A DNA stretch of 64,000 nt from IMG/VR virus record IMGVR_UViG_3300037504_000674, positions 1 to 64,000 of that record, one strand, 5' to 3'. This stretch comes from a virus. The position numbers and the translations under genes are program-made. The stretch's first letter is position 1. Every line of letters begins with the position of its first letter. Under the pieces are notes generated by a model. That model ran no database searches. It had not been told where the DNA came from and saw nothing but the letters and a program-made list of their open reading frames with translations. Of this stretch, positions 45,843-57,100 are shown piece after piece.

Positions 45843-45875
45843 AAGGTTGTTTGAAGGTCGCCATACTTGTATCCT
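45841..45875 (+). promoter_or_regulatory. Late promoter motif, copy 4
   Basis: TTAAGGTTG-N20-TATCCT. Confidence 0.65.
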
Positions 45876-45909
45876 ATGATAGTAGAGAGACCTCAAGGAG
45901 GAGAATAGT

Positions 45910-46308
45910 ATGGCAACATTTGCAACTGGTTTGCTGGGTGCGGTGTACGTTGATTCTACTCTGATCAACTTCGTCACCAATATCACGGTCAATATCGAGC
46001 GCGATAGCGCAGAAGAAGCCGTTATGAATCAGCAGTATAAGATCAAGCGCGTTGGCGCTTATGGCGGCGAGTTTTCTGGGAGCGCGCTAGTTGACCTGGA
46101 TAGTAAGCAGTTGTTTGACCAGGTTACCGGACAGTCAACCGCAACCAACGTCCTGAGCATATATCCGGTGTCGAGCGACCTTACCGATTACTGGTACGGA
46201 GATGCACAGTTTAACAGTTGGTCAGCAGAGGCGTCGCCAGCAGACTTGTGGAGCGGCGACTTCGGCGGCGTGTTTACCGGCGAGATTTTCGCAGTAGGAT
46301 TCAGCTAA
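45910..46308 (+). CDS. Tail tube protein
   Basis: 132 aa, G..G.V start, F.FTG-like end; precedes chaperones and TMP. Confidence 0.7.
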   Translation: MATFATGLLGAVYVDSTLINFVTNITVNIERDSAEEAVMNQQYKIKRVGAYGGEFSGSALVDLDSKQLFDQVTGQSTATNVLSIYPVSSDLTDYWYGDAQFNSWSAEASPADLWSGDFGGVFTGEIFAVGFS

Positions 46309-46357
46309 ACATAACAGTTTAATAATCACCTAACCAATCTCAATAGGAGGAGATCGG

Positions 46358-46771
46358 ATGGTTAATTACCCCACAGTCAAGGTAAATTCAGACGGCCTCA
46401 AGCTAGAGTTCAAGGGGCATGAATGGGTTCCCCATGAGGGAGAATATGTCGTGTTTGTCCCCTACCTATCAGCAGGCGATATGCTGATGCTACTGGAGGC
46501 CTGGAACGATCTAGCCGAAAACGAGGGCGATGCAGAAGCCAGCGAAAACATCCGCGTCATCAACAAAACCGTCGCCCCGCTATTGGTAAAAGTGATCGAC
46601 CACTGGACATGGCATCATCCAATTACTGGTGACGAGCTTGGTCCGAAGGCCGGAAATGAGGAAGTGTTCAGGCCCAGGACGGAGGACATCGCCAGCTTGG
46701 GCTTCGAGGAAATTGGTTGGTTGGTGAACAACTTCTTCGCATTGGGCGAGGAGGGCGAAAACCCTCAGTAG
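46358..46771 (+). CDS. Tail assembly chaperone (G)
   Basis: Position between tube and TMP; ends at a slippery site. Confidence 0.75.
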   Translation: MVNYPTVKVNSDGLKLEFKGHEWVPHEGEYVVFVPYLSAGDMLMLLEAWNDLAENEGDAEASENIRVINKTVAPLLVKVIDHWTWHHPITGDELGPKAGNEEVFRPRTEDIASLGFEEIGWLVNNFFALGEEGENPQ

Positions 46772-47184
46772 CCCTCGTCAGAACGATCCTGTCCGGCGCT
46801 GGTAGGCCACCAAAAGAGGCGCTGATCTTGGCTATGTGTGAGATGTTTCATTGCAGGCCGTCCGAGCTAGAGGCAGAGGACGGCCTGTTGTTATTGCAAC
46901 TGATGGACATCAAGCATTGGCGGGATGTCGCCAACCGCTACGCAGATAATCCATCCACTAAGTCAGTTAGCTCTGAGGACCTACATAGGTTAGCATTCCT
47001 AATAGCCGGTGATGACGAGGCTTTGCATATTGATAGAGACGAACTAACCTCGGAGCGTTACCGCTCGCTAGACAGGTCGAGAGCAATTAAGATTACCGAG
47101 GGTCGCAAGCGGGAGCTAAAGAAGAAAGCCGTGGGCGCGTCCGGCGAAGTGCGTCCGGCAAGGAAGGTTATGGGTGGCAGGTAA
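46759..47184 (+). CDS. -1 frameshift extension of the tail chaperone (GT)
   Basis: A AAC CCT heptamer at 46759-46765; open -1 frame to 47184. Confidence 0.7.
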   Translation, partial: KPSVALVRTILSGAGRPPKEALILAMCEMFHCRPSELEAEDGLLLLQLMDIKHWRDVANRYADNPSTKSVSSEDLHRLAFLIAGDDEALHIDRDELTSERYRSLDRSRAIKITEGRKRELKKKAVGASGEVRPARKVMGGR

Positions 47185-50100
47185 ACCAACAGGAACGATA
47201 GTAGTAGACGCAGTAGATGAAACCGGCAAGGTTATCAAGAGCATCAGCGTGAAAATGAACAAGCTTGGCGACAAGGCCAAGAAGGCGAGCACTAAAGCCA
47301 GCAATGCATCAAAGATGCTGAAGAAAGCCTTACTGGGGGCCGCTAAGGGCGCCAAAAAGTTCATTGGTAAGCTGGCGCTTGCCCCGCTGAGGGCATTTGG
47401 ATCAGCGCTCAAGAACATCAGCACGATCATCTTGGGTATGCTGGGATACCAGGGGTTCCGCGCTATTGGTCGAAGCATTGCCAATATGGTCGAAGAAGCC
47501 GGTCCTATCCAATCTGTGCGCACGCAGTTTGCCAACTTCATGCAACAGGCAAACGCTCATATCCCCGATTTTAATACCGGCGCCGATGAAATGATCGCCA
47601 AGATGCAGGGAATGACCGGGGGCGCACTAGACGTAACCCGCATGCTCAAGGCGTCAAACCTAGCATTTTCTCTCATAGGCGAGCGAGTCGGCAAAGATTT
47701 ACCTAGAATGCTAGGAGTCGCACAGGCAGCATCGCTTACCACGGGTGAATCGATTGAGCGTATGTTCAACAGCTTGGTGAAGGGCGTCGGGCGCTTGTCA
47801 ACACGGTGGCTAGACAACTTGGGCATCACGGTATCTACCACCGAGGCATACGGCAGATACGCCGATGAAAACGATCTCGTTGCCAGTAATCTATCGCATA
47901 CCCACAGAGTTCAAGCCATGCTCAATGCGGCAATGGAGCAAGGCGAAAAGATTATGATGCGCACGGGTGACGTGCAAGCATTCCTCTCAACCCAAATGTC
48001 AGCGCTCAATGCTAACTTCCTCAATACGCGCGATTCCGTAATCAACGCATTCGCCCCACTCGCAACAACTGTGCTTATGTTTGTCAATGATATGACCTCG
48101 CAGGTCACCCCCAAAGTGGAAGACTTCGCCACCGCTTTCGCTATGACCTTCGCTAAGATACCACCCTCCGCTTATGCGTCTGCGCAGAATACCGTCGCCG
48201 GATTAACCGAGGGTATGAACCTTGTTGAGCCTGTGGTCTTGTCAGCGCAAGAGAGAATGGGTGAACGCGCTGCAAACTGGGCAGTCAACGCATTATCATG
48301 GGGTGCCAATGTAGGCGCTCAATTTGTCAGCGGAATCATCCAGGGGTTCTCCGCCCTGATAGCCGGGGCAATGAATTACATCTCTGCGGTTCTGGCTAGT
48401 TGGCTCAGGCCTGGTTCGCCACCAAAGGTTTCCCCGCAAATAGATAATTGGGGCTACGGTACAATGGAGTCATGGGTAGAGGGAATGCTGGACTACCCAG
48501 TTGACCCGGTGCTCCTACCAAAAATCAAAGGCGACCTGAAGGATGTTTTCGAGTCAGGAGTAAAGGACTCATTATTTCAGTGGGGTGCTGACTCGATAGC
48601 AGAGTGGGCCGAAGGTTTGTCGATTATTGACATGGACTTCCTCAGCCAGGCGATTGAGGAAGCCACCGTCAAGGCCAAAATCCTCAACAAGGAACTCACA
48701 TCGACCTACAAGGAGCAGCGCACTGAGCTATTCAAGCTAAGAGTGCTGAACCGTGACCCGAAAGCAATTAGGGCACAACAAAAGCGCGTCAAGACTTCCA
48801 AAAACGCCCTGAAAACTAACGAAAAGGAGCTAGAGCAGCTAGAAAACCGGCGTAAACTAATCAGAGAGCAACTAGAGCTACTGAGGCTACTAGAGCGCGC
48901 ACTAAAAGATATGGAGCGCACATCTAAGCGCGGCGGAGGCGGCGGGAGAGGCGGTGGGGGTGACGGCGCTCCGGGGCTTGACGACATACCAGCACCTGAA
49001 CTACCACTAGTTGGCACATCCAGCCTAGAAAGCCAGATAACAGGCCTGAAAGAGCGCCTGAAGGAGATTTTCGGCGAGCCGCTACAGCAAGTTGCGGACT
49101 CATTCTCGAAAGCAGCCGACGAGATAGGGCTGGCATGGGGAAACCTCAGAACCACCATTGAGGAGAACTCGCCAGCTATCAAGGAGAAGTCACAAGATGC
49201 TGCGAAGTCCATCGGGTCTTTCTTCGCCGAGGCAAACAAGCAAATCTCGCCAGCATTGCAGGACCTAAAGCAAGCATTCATCGATGCCGCTCCAGAATTT
49301 CTAAAGGCTGGTGACAGTGCCATGAAGTTCGCCGGGCTGTGGCGGCTCGCCGGTAAGGTGTACGGATTTGCATCAGCTATGATAGCAAAATTACTAGCAA
49401 TACAGGTCAGGGCGCTTGGCAGGTTCGCCAGCAGAATGAGCGAGAAAATTGATGGCCTCAAGATGTTGTTCTCCAGAGACTTGCTTGGGGGTTTAAGGAG
49501 AATTTTCTTCTCAGGAGCGTCGGATATCAACACATGGCCAGAATTCATGTGGGCTATGCTCAAGAGGGGCTTCATGAATTCGTTTGACTTTCCCTCCATG
49601 TTTACTAATGTGTTCACCAACCTCTTCAAGCCTGGTGTGATTAAATTCCTAGATAGCGCTCGCGGGCTTATCAAGAGGGTATTTGGGGAAGCGGCGGCTG
49701 AGTCCTCGTCTGATTGGTCAGCGACTTGGGGTAGCGCGGCAGTCGAAAGCGGTAGCGCGATAGTTCAGGGGGTAGCTGACGGGGTATCACAAGGCGCAAC
49801 AGGGGCGACCAACTCAGCCAATCAATTTGCTTCCGGGCTTCAATCTCAGTTCGCCACAGAGTTTGACCCATCAATGTACTCTGTATATGGTGAGAATATA
49901 GCCATTGGTATAGGGGATGGGTTGACAAGCGGGGGGAGCGATGCAAACCTAGCGATGGAGGAAATGTACAATCAATTCCTGAAAACAACAGAGTCTTCTG
50001 TGGGGTCCGGCGAAGAGTCGCCGTATTCTCAATACGGATCATATATTCCTGACGGAATCTCTCAGGGAATCGAGAGCAACGCCGAGAGCGCCAACATGAC

Positions 50101-50809
50101 GCTTGAGGAAATGTACCAAAACTTTCTTGACACATCTGACGCTAGTTTGGGAACCGGGGGCGCTGGCTCATCATCAACCGTCTTCAATGACTATGGTCAA
50201 ATCATGCCAACAAGTGTAAGAGACGGCATCATGAACAACCAGCAAGCCGCCTGGGACCAAATGGGCAATATGTGGCAGGGCGTCATCGACACGACGGACT
50301 CGTATGGCGAGCCGCTTACAACGTCGGTTGATACAATGACGAGCTCTTCGCTTATTGCGCTTGAGCTCAAGATACCCCAGTTCAAATCTAGCGGAGAGGC
50401 GCTAATCCAGGGTCTGATTGACGGTATTATCGGCAAGATGCCGGAGGCTGAGAGCGCGGTGAAAGATGCCGCAGATAAAGTATCCGATGCGGCCTCGTCT
50501 GCCTGGGATATCTCATCTCCGTCAGGGGTTTTCGAGAAGATGGGTAATCAGCTAATGTCTGGCACGCAAAAGGGCATTCAAGACAAAGCGTATGTGCCAA
50601 TGAGAGCTATGCAGCGCGCTGCTGGCGGCGTGATTAGCGCTGGCCCAGGAGCGACTGGCGGGAATACTAACAACACAACGACCATCGTGATCCAGGGCCC
50701 AATCATTGAGACAATGAGCGTTCCGAACATGCGCGTCGGTAGAGAAATGTCGCGCCAGATTGGTCGAGATTTATCAAATATGGCTAGTATGAAAAGGAGC
50801 CCAGCATAA
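47174..50809 (+). CDS. Tape measure protein
   Basis: 1211 aa, Ala/Gly-rich helical; LDNLGI and I.SPS.VF motifs. Confidence 0.9.
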   Translation: MAGKPTGTIVVDAVDETGKVIKSISVKMNKLGDKAKKASTKASNASKMLKKALLGAAKGAKKFIGKLALAPLRAFGSALKNISTIILGMLGYQGFRAIGRSIANMVEEAGPIQSVRTQFANFMQQANAHIPDFNTGADEMIAKMQGMTGGALDVTRMLKASNLAFSLIGERVGKDLPRMLGVAQAASLTTGESIERMFNSLVKGVGRLSTRWLDNLGITVSTTEAYGRYADENDLVASNLSHTHRVQAMLNAAMEQGEKIMMRTGDVQAFLSTQMSALNANFLNTRDSVINAFAPLATTVLMFVNDMTSQVTPKVEDFATAFAMTFAKIPPSAYASAQNTVAGLTEGMNLVEPVVLSAQERMGERAANWAVNALSWGANVGAQFVSGIIQGFSALIAGAMNYISAVLASWLRPGSPPKVSPQIDNWGYGTMESWVEGMLDYPVDPVLLPKIKGDLKDVFESGVKDSLFQWGADSIAEWAEGLSIIDMDFLSQAIEEATVKAKILNKELTSTYKEQRTELFKLRVLNRDPKAIRAQQKRVKTSKNALKTNEKELEQLENRRKLIREQLELLRLLERALKDMERTSKRGGGGGRGGGGDGAPGLDDIPAPELPLVGTSSLESQITGLKERLKEIFGEPLQQVADSFSKAADEIGLAWGNLRTTIEENSPAIKEKSQDAAKSIGSFFAEANKQISPALQDLKQAFIDAAPEFLKAGDSAMKFAGLWRLAGKVYGFASAMIAKLLAIQVRALGRFASRMSEKIDGLKMLFSRDLLGGLRRIFFSGASDINTWPEFMWAMLKRGFMNSFDFPSMFTNVFTNLFKPGVIKFLDSARGLIKRVFGEAAAESSSDWSATWGSAAVESGSAIVQGVADGVSQGATGATNSANQFASGLQSQFATEFDPSMYSVYGENIAIGIGDGLTSGGSDANLAMEEMYNQFLKTTESSVGSGEESPYSQYGSYIPDGISQGIESNAESANMTLEEMYQNFLDTSDASLGTGGAGSSSTVFNDYGQIMPTSVRDGIMNNQQAAWDQMGNMWQGVIDTTDSYGEPLTTSVDTMTSSSLIALELKIPQFKSSGEALIQGLIDGIIGKMPEAESAVKDAADKVSDAASSAWDISSPSGVFEKMGNQLMSGTQKGIQDKAYVPMRAMQRAAGGVISAGPGATGGNTNNTTTIVIQGPIIETMSVPNMRVGREMSRQIGRDLSNMASMKRSPA

Positions 50810-52680
50810 TGTCAGACGTTATCAAGCTGTCGGATGGAACCACCGATATCGACCTATACTACGATACTGATGCGTTTGTGATGATGCAAGAGGGTAATAA
50901 CTTCGGCATACCAGAACACCAGCGAGTTATGCATGAGTCGGACTTCTCAGATGGCCAAACCATTATCCGCAACACACTTGGGAACCGCATGTGGCCCATG
51001 CAACTCGCGGTATACGGTTCAGACAACGACGCGGTAGTTGATAACCTTAATGCTCTCTCTAGATTCGCCAAGCAAGCACGTAGGTACCAGCTAGACGAGA
51101 CACGCAGCGAAGTTTATTTACAGGTTCAACTAGACGGCATGACAAACTGGACTAGATTCAGCGTGATTGACATTGAGTACGACAGCGCGGCGTTCTTCAA
51201 TTACTTCAATCTGGGTGAGGATAAACTAATTTTTGGTGATGGGCTGACACTGACAATAATCACCGACCCAATTGGGTACGGAGAGGAAGTGACTCTCAAG
51301 AACTATCTCAAGAATCCCCACTTCGAAGAAGTGAACACCGGGATAGATCAAGGATCGGGGGCCGCGAAGCACTGGAACGACGACGGGTCGCCAACTCTCA
51401 CATTCGATTGGGATATTCGCGTATGCGGCGCCAGATCACAGAAAGTGGTAACCGACGCTAGTAGCAACCAGGCGATATACAGCGATACAGTTTCATGCTC
51501 AAGCTCGCAGGACTTTGCGTGCTACGTATGGGTCCATAAGGCTTCAGGAGACGATATCTCGCTTTACGTGAGCGGTGATGCGTCAGGGGTTATCGACACA
51601 GCCACATACAGCGCGGCGGCAGAAACCAAAACCGGAGCTAATGGTAACACCTGGAAGAGACTTGAGGTGACCGGAACAACCGGAGCTTCTGACTCAACGT
51701 TGACCGTTGGTGTTCAGAGATCATTGGGGGATGCGACTGCTGCCACAACATTCTACGTCGATCAGTCTTACTTACAGCTTGGCGCAAGCTCAATCCCGTC
51801 TGGCTGGGCAAGTTACTACAGCATCAATAATCACTATCAACCGTCCTCAAGTATTATACCATATCTCGATGTATGCGATATTCCAGGCGACGAACCAGCA
51901 GATTGCAAATTTGTCATTGACGAGACTGATAGCAACACATCTATCAGATATCTATACATGATGAATAGCGCTCAGGACAACATTGCGAGCATGAGGTTCT
52001 TTTTGGATAGCGATGACGCCGGCGTTCCCGGCGGGACAAACACAGTCACAGATTCTGATAGGAGCGGCGGTAGCTACGGAAATTTCACTACAAGTTCTAC
52101 TTTTGCGGACGTAGCGAGGTTCGCACCATCCGATTGGAGCGATTGGTATCTGTCCTATGTGGTATTTGCGGCAGTTAATGTTGGGTCAGGCCTGGAATTC
52201 AGAATTGAGTACCCGCCAGTGGGGAACTACCCGCAGTACAACACAGGTGAAACATCGGTTGCCCATACAAATCAGTGGGAGCTGCTGAACCTTGGCGTGA
52301 TCAATCAGATTTCTGCAAACGATGAGTTCATATTTGCAGCGAAGGGCGGAGATGTCAACTACGACTTCTTCTACTGCGTCTCGATATCAGATGGGTACTC
52401 GATTATTGACTGGGGCACCTATGTTATCGGAGGAGCCTCGTCTCCCCAGGCAATCATTGACCCAATGGAGAACCTAAGGTACACCAAGACGGGCGCGGGT
52501 ATCATACAATCAACATCAAACGCTCACCTTGGAGACTATATACAAGCAAAACCAGGTAGGTTCAACAGAATAATCATGATCGGCACGGGAGATGAGAATG
52601 TACACACGCCAGCTAATGGGAACATCGAGGTGACTCTAACATATCGCCCAAGAACGGAGCTTCTACTGGGGGTGACCTAG
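50809..52680 (+). CDS. Distal tail (Dit)-like protein with inserted CBM-like domains
   Basis: Follows TMP; DP.GYG, then NYLKNPHFE...WKRL...FYVD. Confidence 0.65.
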   Translation: MSDVIKLSDGTTDIDLYYDTDAFVMMQEGNNFGIPEHQRVMHESDFSDGQTIIRNTLGNRMWPMQLAVYGSDNDAVVDNLNALSRFAKQARRYQLDETRSEVYLQVQLDGMTNWTRFSVIDIEYDSAAFFNYFNLGEDKLIFGDGLTLTIITDPIGYGEEVTLKNYLKNPHFEEVNTGIDQGSGAAKHWNDDGSPTLTFDWDIRVCGARSQKVVTDASSNQAIYSDTVSCSSSQDFACYVWVHKASGDDISLYVSGDASGVIDTATYSAAAETKTGANGNTWKRLEVTGTTGASDSTLTVGVQRSLGDATAATTFYVDQSYLQLGASSIPSGWASYYSINNHYQPSSSIIPYLDVCDIPGDEPADCKFVIDETDSNTSIRYLYMMNSAQDNIASMRFFLDSDDAGVPGGTNTVTDSDRSGGSYGNFTTSSTFADVARFAPSDWSDWYLSYVVFAAVNVGSGLEFRIEYPPVGNYPQYNTGETSVAHTNQWELLNLGVINQISANDEFIFAAKGGDVNYDFFYCVSISDGYSIIDWGTYVIGGASSPQAIIDPMENLRYTKTGAGIIQSTSNAHLGDYIQAKPGRFNRIIMIGTGDENVHTPANGNIEVTLTYRPRTELLLGVT

Positions 52681-54137
52681 TGCCACTATATACACAAATC
52701 TGGTCGAATGGCGCTTCTTCGCCGTCATTCGAGAAAGACATATCGCGCCGCATCAGCTCCACGCGCATACTGTGGGAACTGCACGGCGGAGTACGGGCTA
52801 TTGAAAGTCAGTGGTCAGACGACTTAACATCTGCTTACAATTTTTATAAAGACAACATCGGTAAGCGCATCATCATCAGCGACCACTACTGTGATATGCC
52901 GGTTGCCGATGGATATATCACTAACATGTCATTAACGCCAGAGGGTGTGATGTTTGTTTCTCGCGGAAACTGGTATCGACATGCAGATCAATTGTACAAT
53001 TTCGATACTACCACCAAGGATTCAGAGCAAGGTAACCTAGCCTACGACCCAGGCGCTACAACTGATACATTCCAAGATGATGGACAAGACTTTTCTGATT
53101 GGGAGCCGTCTGGCCCAACAGCGGAGTACGAAATCAGTATTGTCAACGCAGATGGGACAATTACGTATGCCTTCATCGGATCGGCGTTCACCACAACCAA
53201 CTCAAACGACTCCATTAACGTGTACACAGACTACGAACTCAACACATCGGGATGGAACGGTGATTCTCCATCCGGTAAAACACCTAGCTCATACACCATA
53301 TCGCTGGTTTACGACGCAAAAACAACATCTGAAGTGATCAAGGAGGCCCTGACTGACGAGGTGCCCGTACTAAGTTCAGACCAATCAAATATAGACGAGA
53401 CCAATACCGTAATCGGGGGGTGGGAAACACCCATCGAGGAAGGCGGGATGTACCCGTCCGTTTTCATAGAGAAGATGGCCTCGTTCTCTGATACCAGCAA
53501 TCGTCAATGGAATTACTGGGTAGCCAATCAGAGGTTCGATGTCACTAGCCCACAGAAGGGGGTACCGCACTTCGAAGCGCAAGTAAATAGCGGTAGCTTT
53601 GACTGGGATATTGAAAACTGGATGATATCCGCCGGCAATCCCATGGCGACACGATCAATTGAGGAGATGCGTAATCATGTCAGGATAATATACCGAGACA
53701 TGGAAGACGATGACTTGATCACAATCACAGACGCGGCGCAAGACAACGATAGCCAAGATAAATACTGGCGCCGCGAGGCGGTTGTGTCTGGAGGGGACGC
53801 GGTACCATCAGTGGCTGAAAAATACCGCGATCTTTACCTCAATAAGTTTAAGGATGCACTTATGGCGGAGCCGATCGTGATTAGCGCGCCATATATTCTT
53901 CGCAGAAGCGGGGCAAGAGTACCATTGTGGACCCCCATCAAAGAAAGTAAATCTTATTTTAGACTGTCTGAGTTATTCCCCTCACTGGATTTATTCGATT
54001 CATCCTGGGACCGCCTGCGCAGCGGGCAAGCAATGAGCATGGAATACGAGAGCGTTTCTAACACTCTTAGGGTTCACCTTGACCAAGAGAGCAACGAACT
54101 AGACGCCCTAATAGCACGCATGGATGCCTGGAGGTAA
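52680..54137 (+). CDS. Baseplate hub/Tal-like protein
   Basis: Position; N.V.I...D.DSQ.KY.RRE. Confidence 0.6.
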   Translation: MPLYTQIWSNGASSPSFEKDISRRISSTRILWELHGGVRAIESQWSDDLTSAYNFYKDNIGKRIIISDHYCDMPVADGYITNMSLTPEGVMFVSRGNWYRHADQLYNFDTTTKDSEQGNLAYDPGATTDTFQDDGQDFSDWEPSGPTAEYEISIVNADGTITYAFIGSAFTTTNSNDSINVYTDYELNTSGWNGDSPSGKTPSSYTISLVYDAKTTSEVIKEALTDEVPVLSSDQSNIDETNTVIGGWETPIEEGGMYPSVFIEKMASFSDTSNRQWNYWVANQRFDVTSPQKGVPHFEAQVNSGSFDWDIENWMISAGNPMATRSIEEMRNHVRIIYRDMEDDDLITITDAAQDNDSQDKYWRREAVVSGGDAVPSVAEKYRDLYLNKFKDALMAEPIVISAPYILRRSGARVPLWTPIKESKSYFRLSELFPSLDLFDSSWDRLRSGQAMSMEYESVSNTLRVHLDQESNELDALIARMDAWR

Positions 54138-54140
54138 CAC

Positions 54141-57100
54141 ATGCCTATACGGCCACAAAGAGCAAATATCAAGCCTTTTCTGGAAGACATGCGCCCCTAT
54201 TATTCTGGCGGGCGCACGACCATCCGTGGGGATGCAGTTTCTAGCTTTGTTGGTCTAAAAGACAACGCCGGGCAAGATGTAGACCCATCCACTGACCAAC
54301 GCATTCAGATAACCGACGACAGCAAAGTCAACGCTGACAAGTCTGGCAACACTATCGCCCTCTCGGTCACTGATAGCCAGATTGACCACAACAGCCTAAG
54401 TAACTACGACAGCAACGAACACATCGACCACACAACAATCACCATCACAGCCGGCAGCGGATTAACCGGTGGGGGCAACATATCATCTTCGCGCACCATC
54501 AACATCGGCTCTGGTGACGGAATCACGGTCAGCGCCAATAGCATAGCCCTAACCACACCCGGCACGATCACTGCCGCAACGCCAAATTCTTCATCCGGTA
54601 ACCACACCCACGCAACCGCAACATCCAATAACGGCACGGCGAATCCATCCACGATCGCGGCGTTCAATGCCAGCGGGCAGATTACAGCAGAGGATTTCTT
54701 TGTTCCCGACGGCGGCGCCGTGGGCATCAGCGGCAATGAGCTGCTAACGTTCAACACGGCGGGAAACGCGACGTTTTCCGGCGTGACCAGCGTCGTCGTG
54801 CCGGACGGCGCGTGGGTGGGGGCGGGCGCGGATTGCTCATGGGTGTTTGACGCCACAAATGGGGACGTGACGACGCAGGACAAAGTTGGCGTAGGCGTGG
54901 TTAGCCCGCAAGCCAGTCTTCATGTAATAGAACTTGGAACAGCGGGCACGCCCTCCATCTCCTCAGCAACAGCGGCTGTTTTTCAAAGATCAGCAAGCGC
55001 GACAAATGCAAATTATGTATCTATTATTAGCGGAAATGCTCAGATCGCCGGTCTGAATTTTGGTGACGCGGATTCTGAAACCGCTGGGCAAATAGAATAT
55101 CTACATCAAGAAATCCCTATTGCTATGCGGTTCAATGTTGAGGGTAATGAGATTATGAGGCTAATAGCCTCCGGCGACGTCGTCATCGGAGACACCACCG
55201 CCGACCGCCGTTTCCACGTGGTTGATGCGACAACGTATCAGGAGCGCGTTGAGTACGATGGAACACATTACACTGACTTAGGCACTGATTCAAATGGATA
55301 TTACAATATGTCGCCTAGCGGGCAGCAAGTACGCATGGATGGCGACTTGATGTTTGTGGGCGCCCAGGCGATCTCAACAACCACCGACGGACTCACTCTC
55401 TCACCAGCGGACGGGATAAGTCTCGATCCATCATCAGGTGATGTAACCGCCACAACAGCGATCAGCGCGGATAACTTTGTTTCACAGACAACTGGTTGGC
55501 AGGTTGCCTACAACGGAAACGCCGACTTCAGAAATATATACGCAGACGAGCTTCACGTGCAAGCGTTTATCGCAGATGTATACAGCGCGCTTGCCGGCGG
55601 TTTGATTATCACACAATCACGAGCCGAGGTAACACGAGATTTCACGATCCCGGATACTGGAAACACATCGACTCTATATGTAGCAGACCATGAGGGCATA
55701 CCAGACACAGCCGTATTTAGCGCTGGCGACTACATCAGACTCAGAGTGATTGATCGCTCTGGCGGGGGCCTAGTTGTCAGCGACGTATACGGCACCGTTA
55801 GCGGATATAGCGACCTATCTGGCGGGGAGCAGTCATGGACATTCACCACCACAACAACTGGTTACAACAGCTCTGATGTTATTTACACCGGTAGTGTCGC
55901 ACTCGATTACGGGCAAACGGGCAGCGGCAGCCAGGGCGTATGGGAAGCCACTGTGCTAGATTCAGCCGGCAGCCCGTACTCTCAAATAAAATCATGGGAT
56001 ACCATCACAGACGGCGAGCCCGACAACTTCACTGCACATGTAAGGCTGGGTAATCTTGACGGCCTGGCTGGTGTAGGCCTTGAATACGGGTTATTCGCCG
56101 GTGACGGAATTACCGATACTGACAGCTACGCACTTATCACCGACACGCAAGCAGAGCTGCATAATATAGACTTGAATGTGTACAACAGCGGAAGCACGGT
56201 ATTTAAAATTGACGCATCGACCCCATACTACAGCCTTGGTACCAGCGCCCCAACCGACTTTGACACCGGGGTCGGCGTGTGGGCCGGGTTGCATAGCGGA
56301 TCATATAAATGGCGCGCAGGTGACCCAAGCGGGATTAGAATGCAGTGGGACGGAACCGACTTGGGTATATACGATGATAGTGGCACAGTTAGATTTCAAG
56401 TTAACAGCTCTGGTGCGTGGCTATCTAACCTGGCGCTCAGCGAAACACTCTCCGACAGCCTCTTTACATCAGGCAGCGGGTTATTGCTACTTGGCCCGTA
56501 TTGCGAGATAACCACAACTAGTTGGGCATCGCTGCGGGGGCAGTCGGCGACGATCAGCGGGGCGTTTCACCAGTCAGCTGGGCGCTGGCCCGGAACGCGG
56601 GCGCTGGTGGTGGAGGAGGGCACGACTAACTACTGCACAAATCCACGAATGTATGATGGCAACAGCGATAATCGCGCAGACTCGTTTGGTCGCAATAGCA
56701 ATCTGTCTGGCGCACCCACCGAATCCATCATTTCTCACCCTATTAGCGAAAGGGGGTGGGCTCAGCGCATTCAATATACAGGTGTTGCAGGCGACAGCAA
56801 CCAGGTTTGGTTTTATAGGTTCGGCACTGCCTCAGGGGAATTTTCTGCTGGCGATGATGTTACTATCTCGTTTGATTATTGGGGTAGCGCTGATAATGGA
56901 TTGGATTTTTTTATACAGGCGTTCGACGCATCGAATAATGTCATAGCGAGCGTTTCCTTGCCTGATTTAGTGCCGACTGAGTCAGTGCAGCGCGCATCAC
57001 TGACGTATGAATCGCTACCAGCCAACACTGACTACGTTCGGTTCCGATTCGATGCTGTAGATAGTTGCTCCACTGGTGATGAATTCGATGTGCGATTTGG

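Noticed and set aside
48706-49674. 322-aa antisense ORF and the many other shadow ORFs in the track
   Set aside because: They lie opposite well-supported genes, with no RBS or recognisable motifs.
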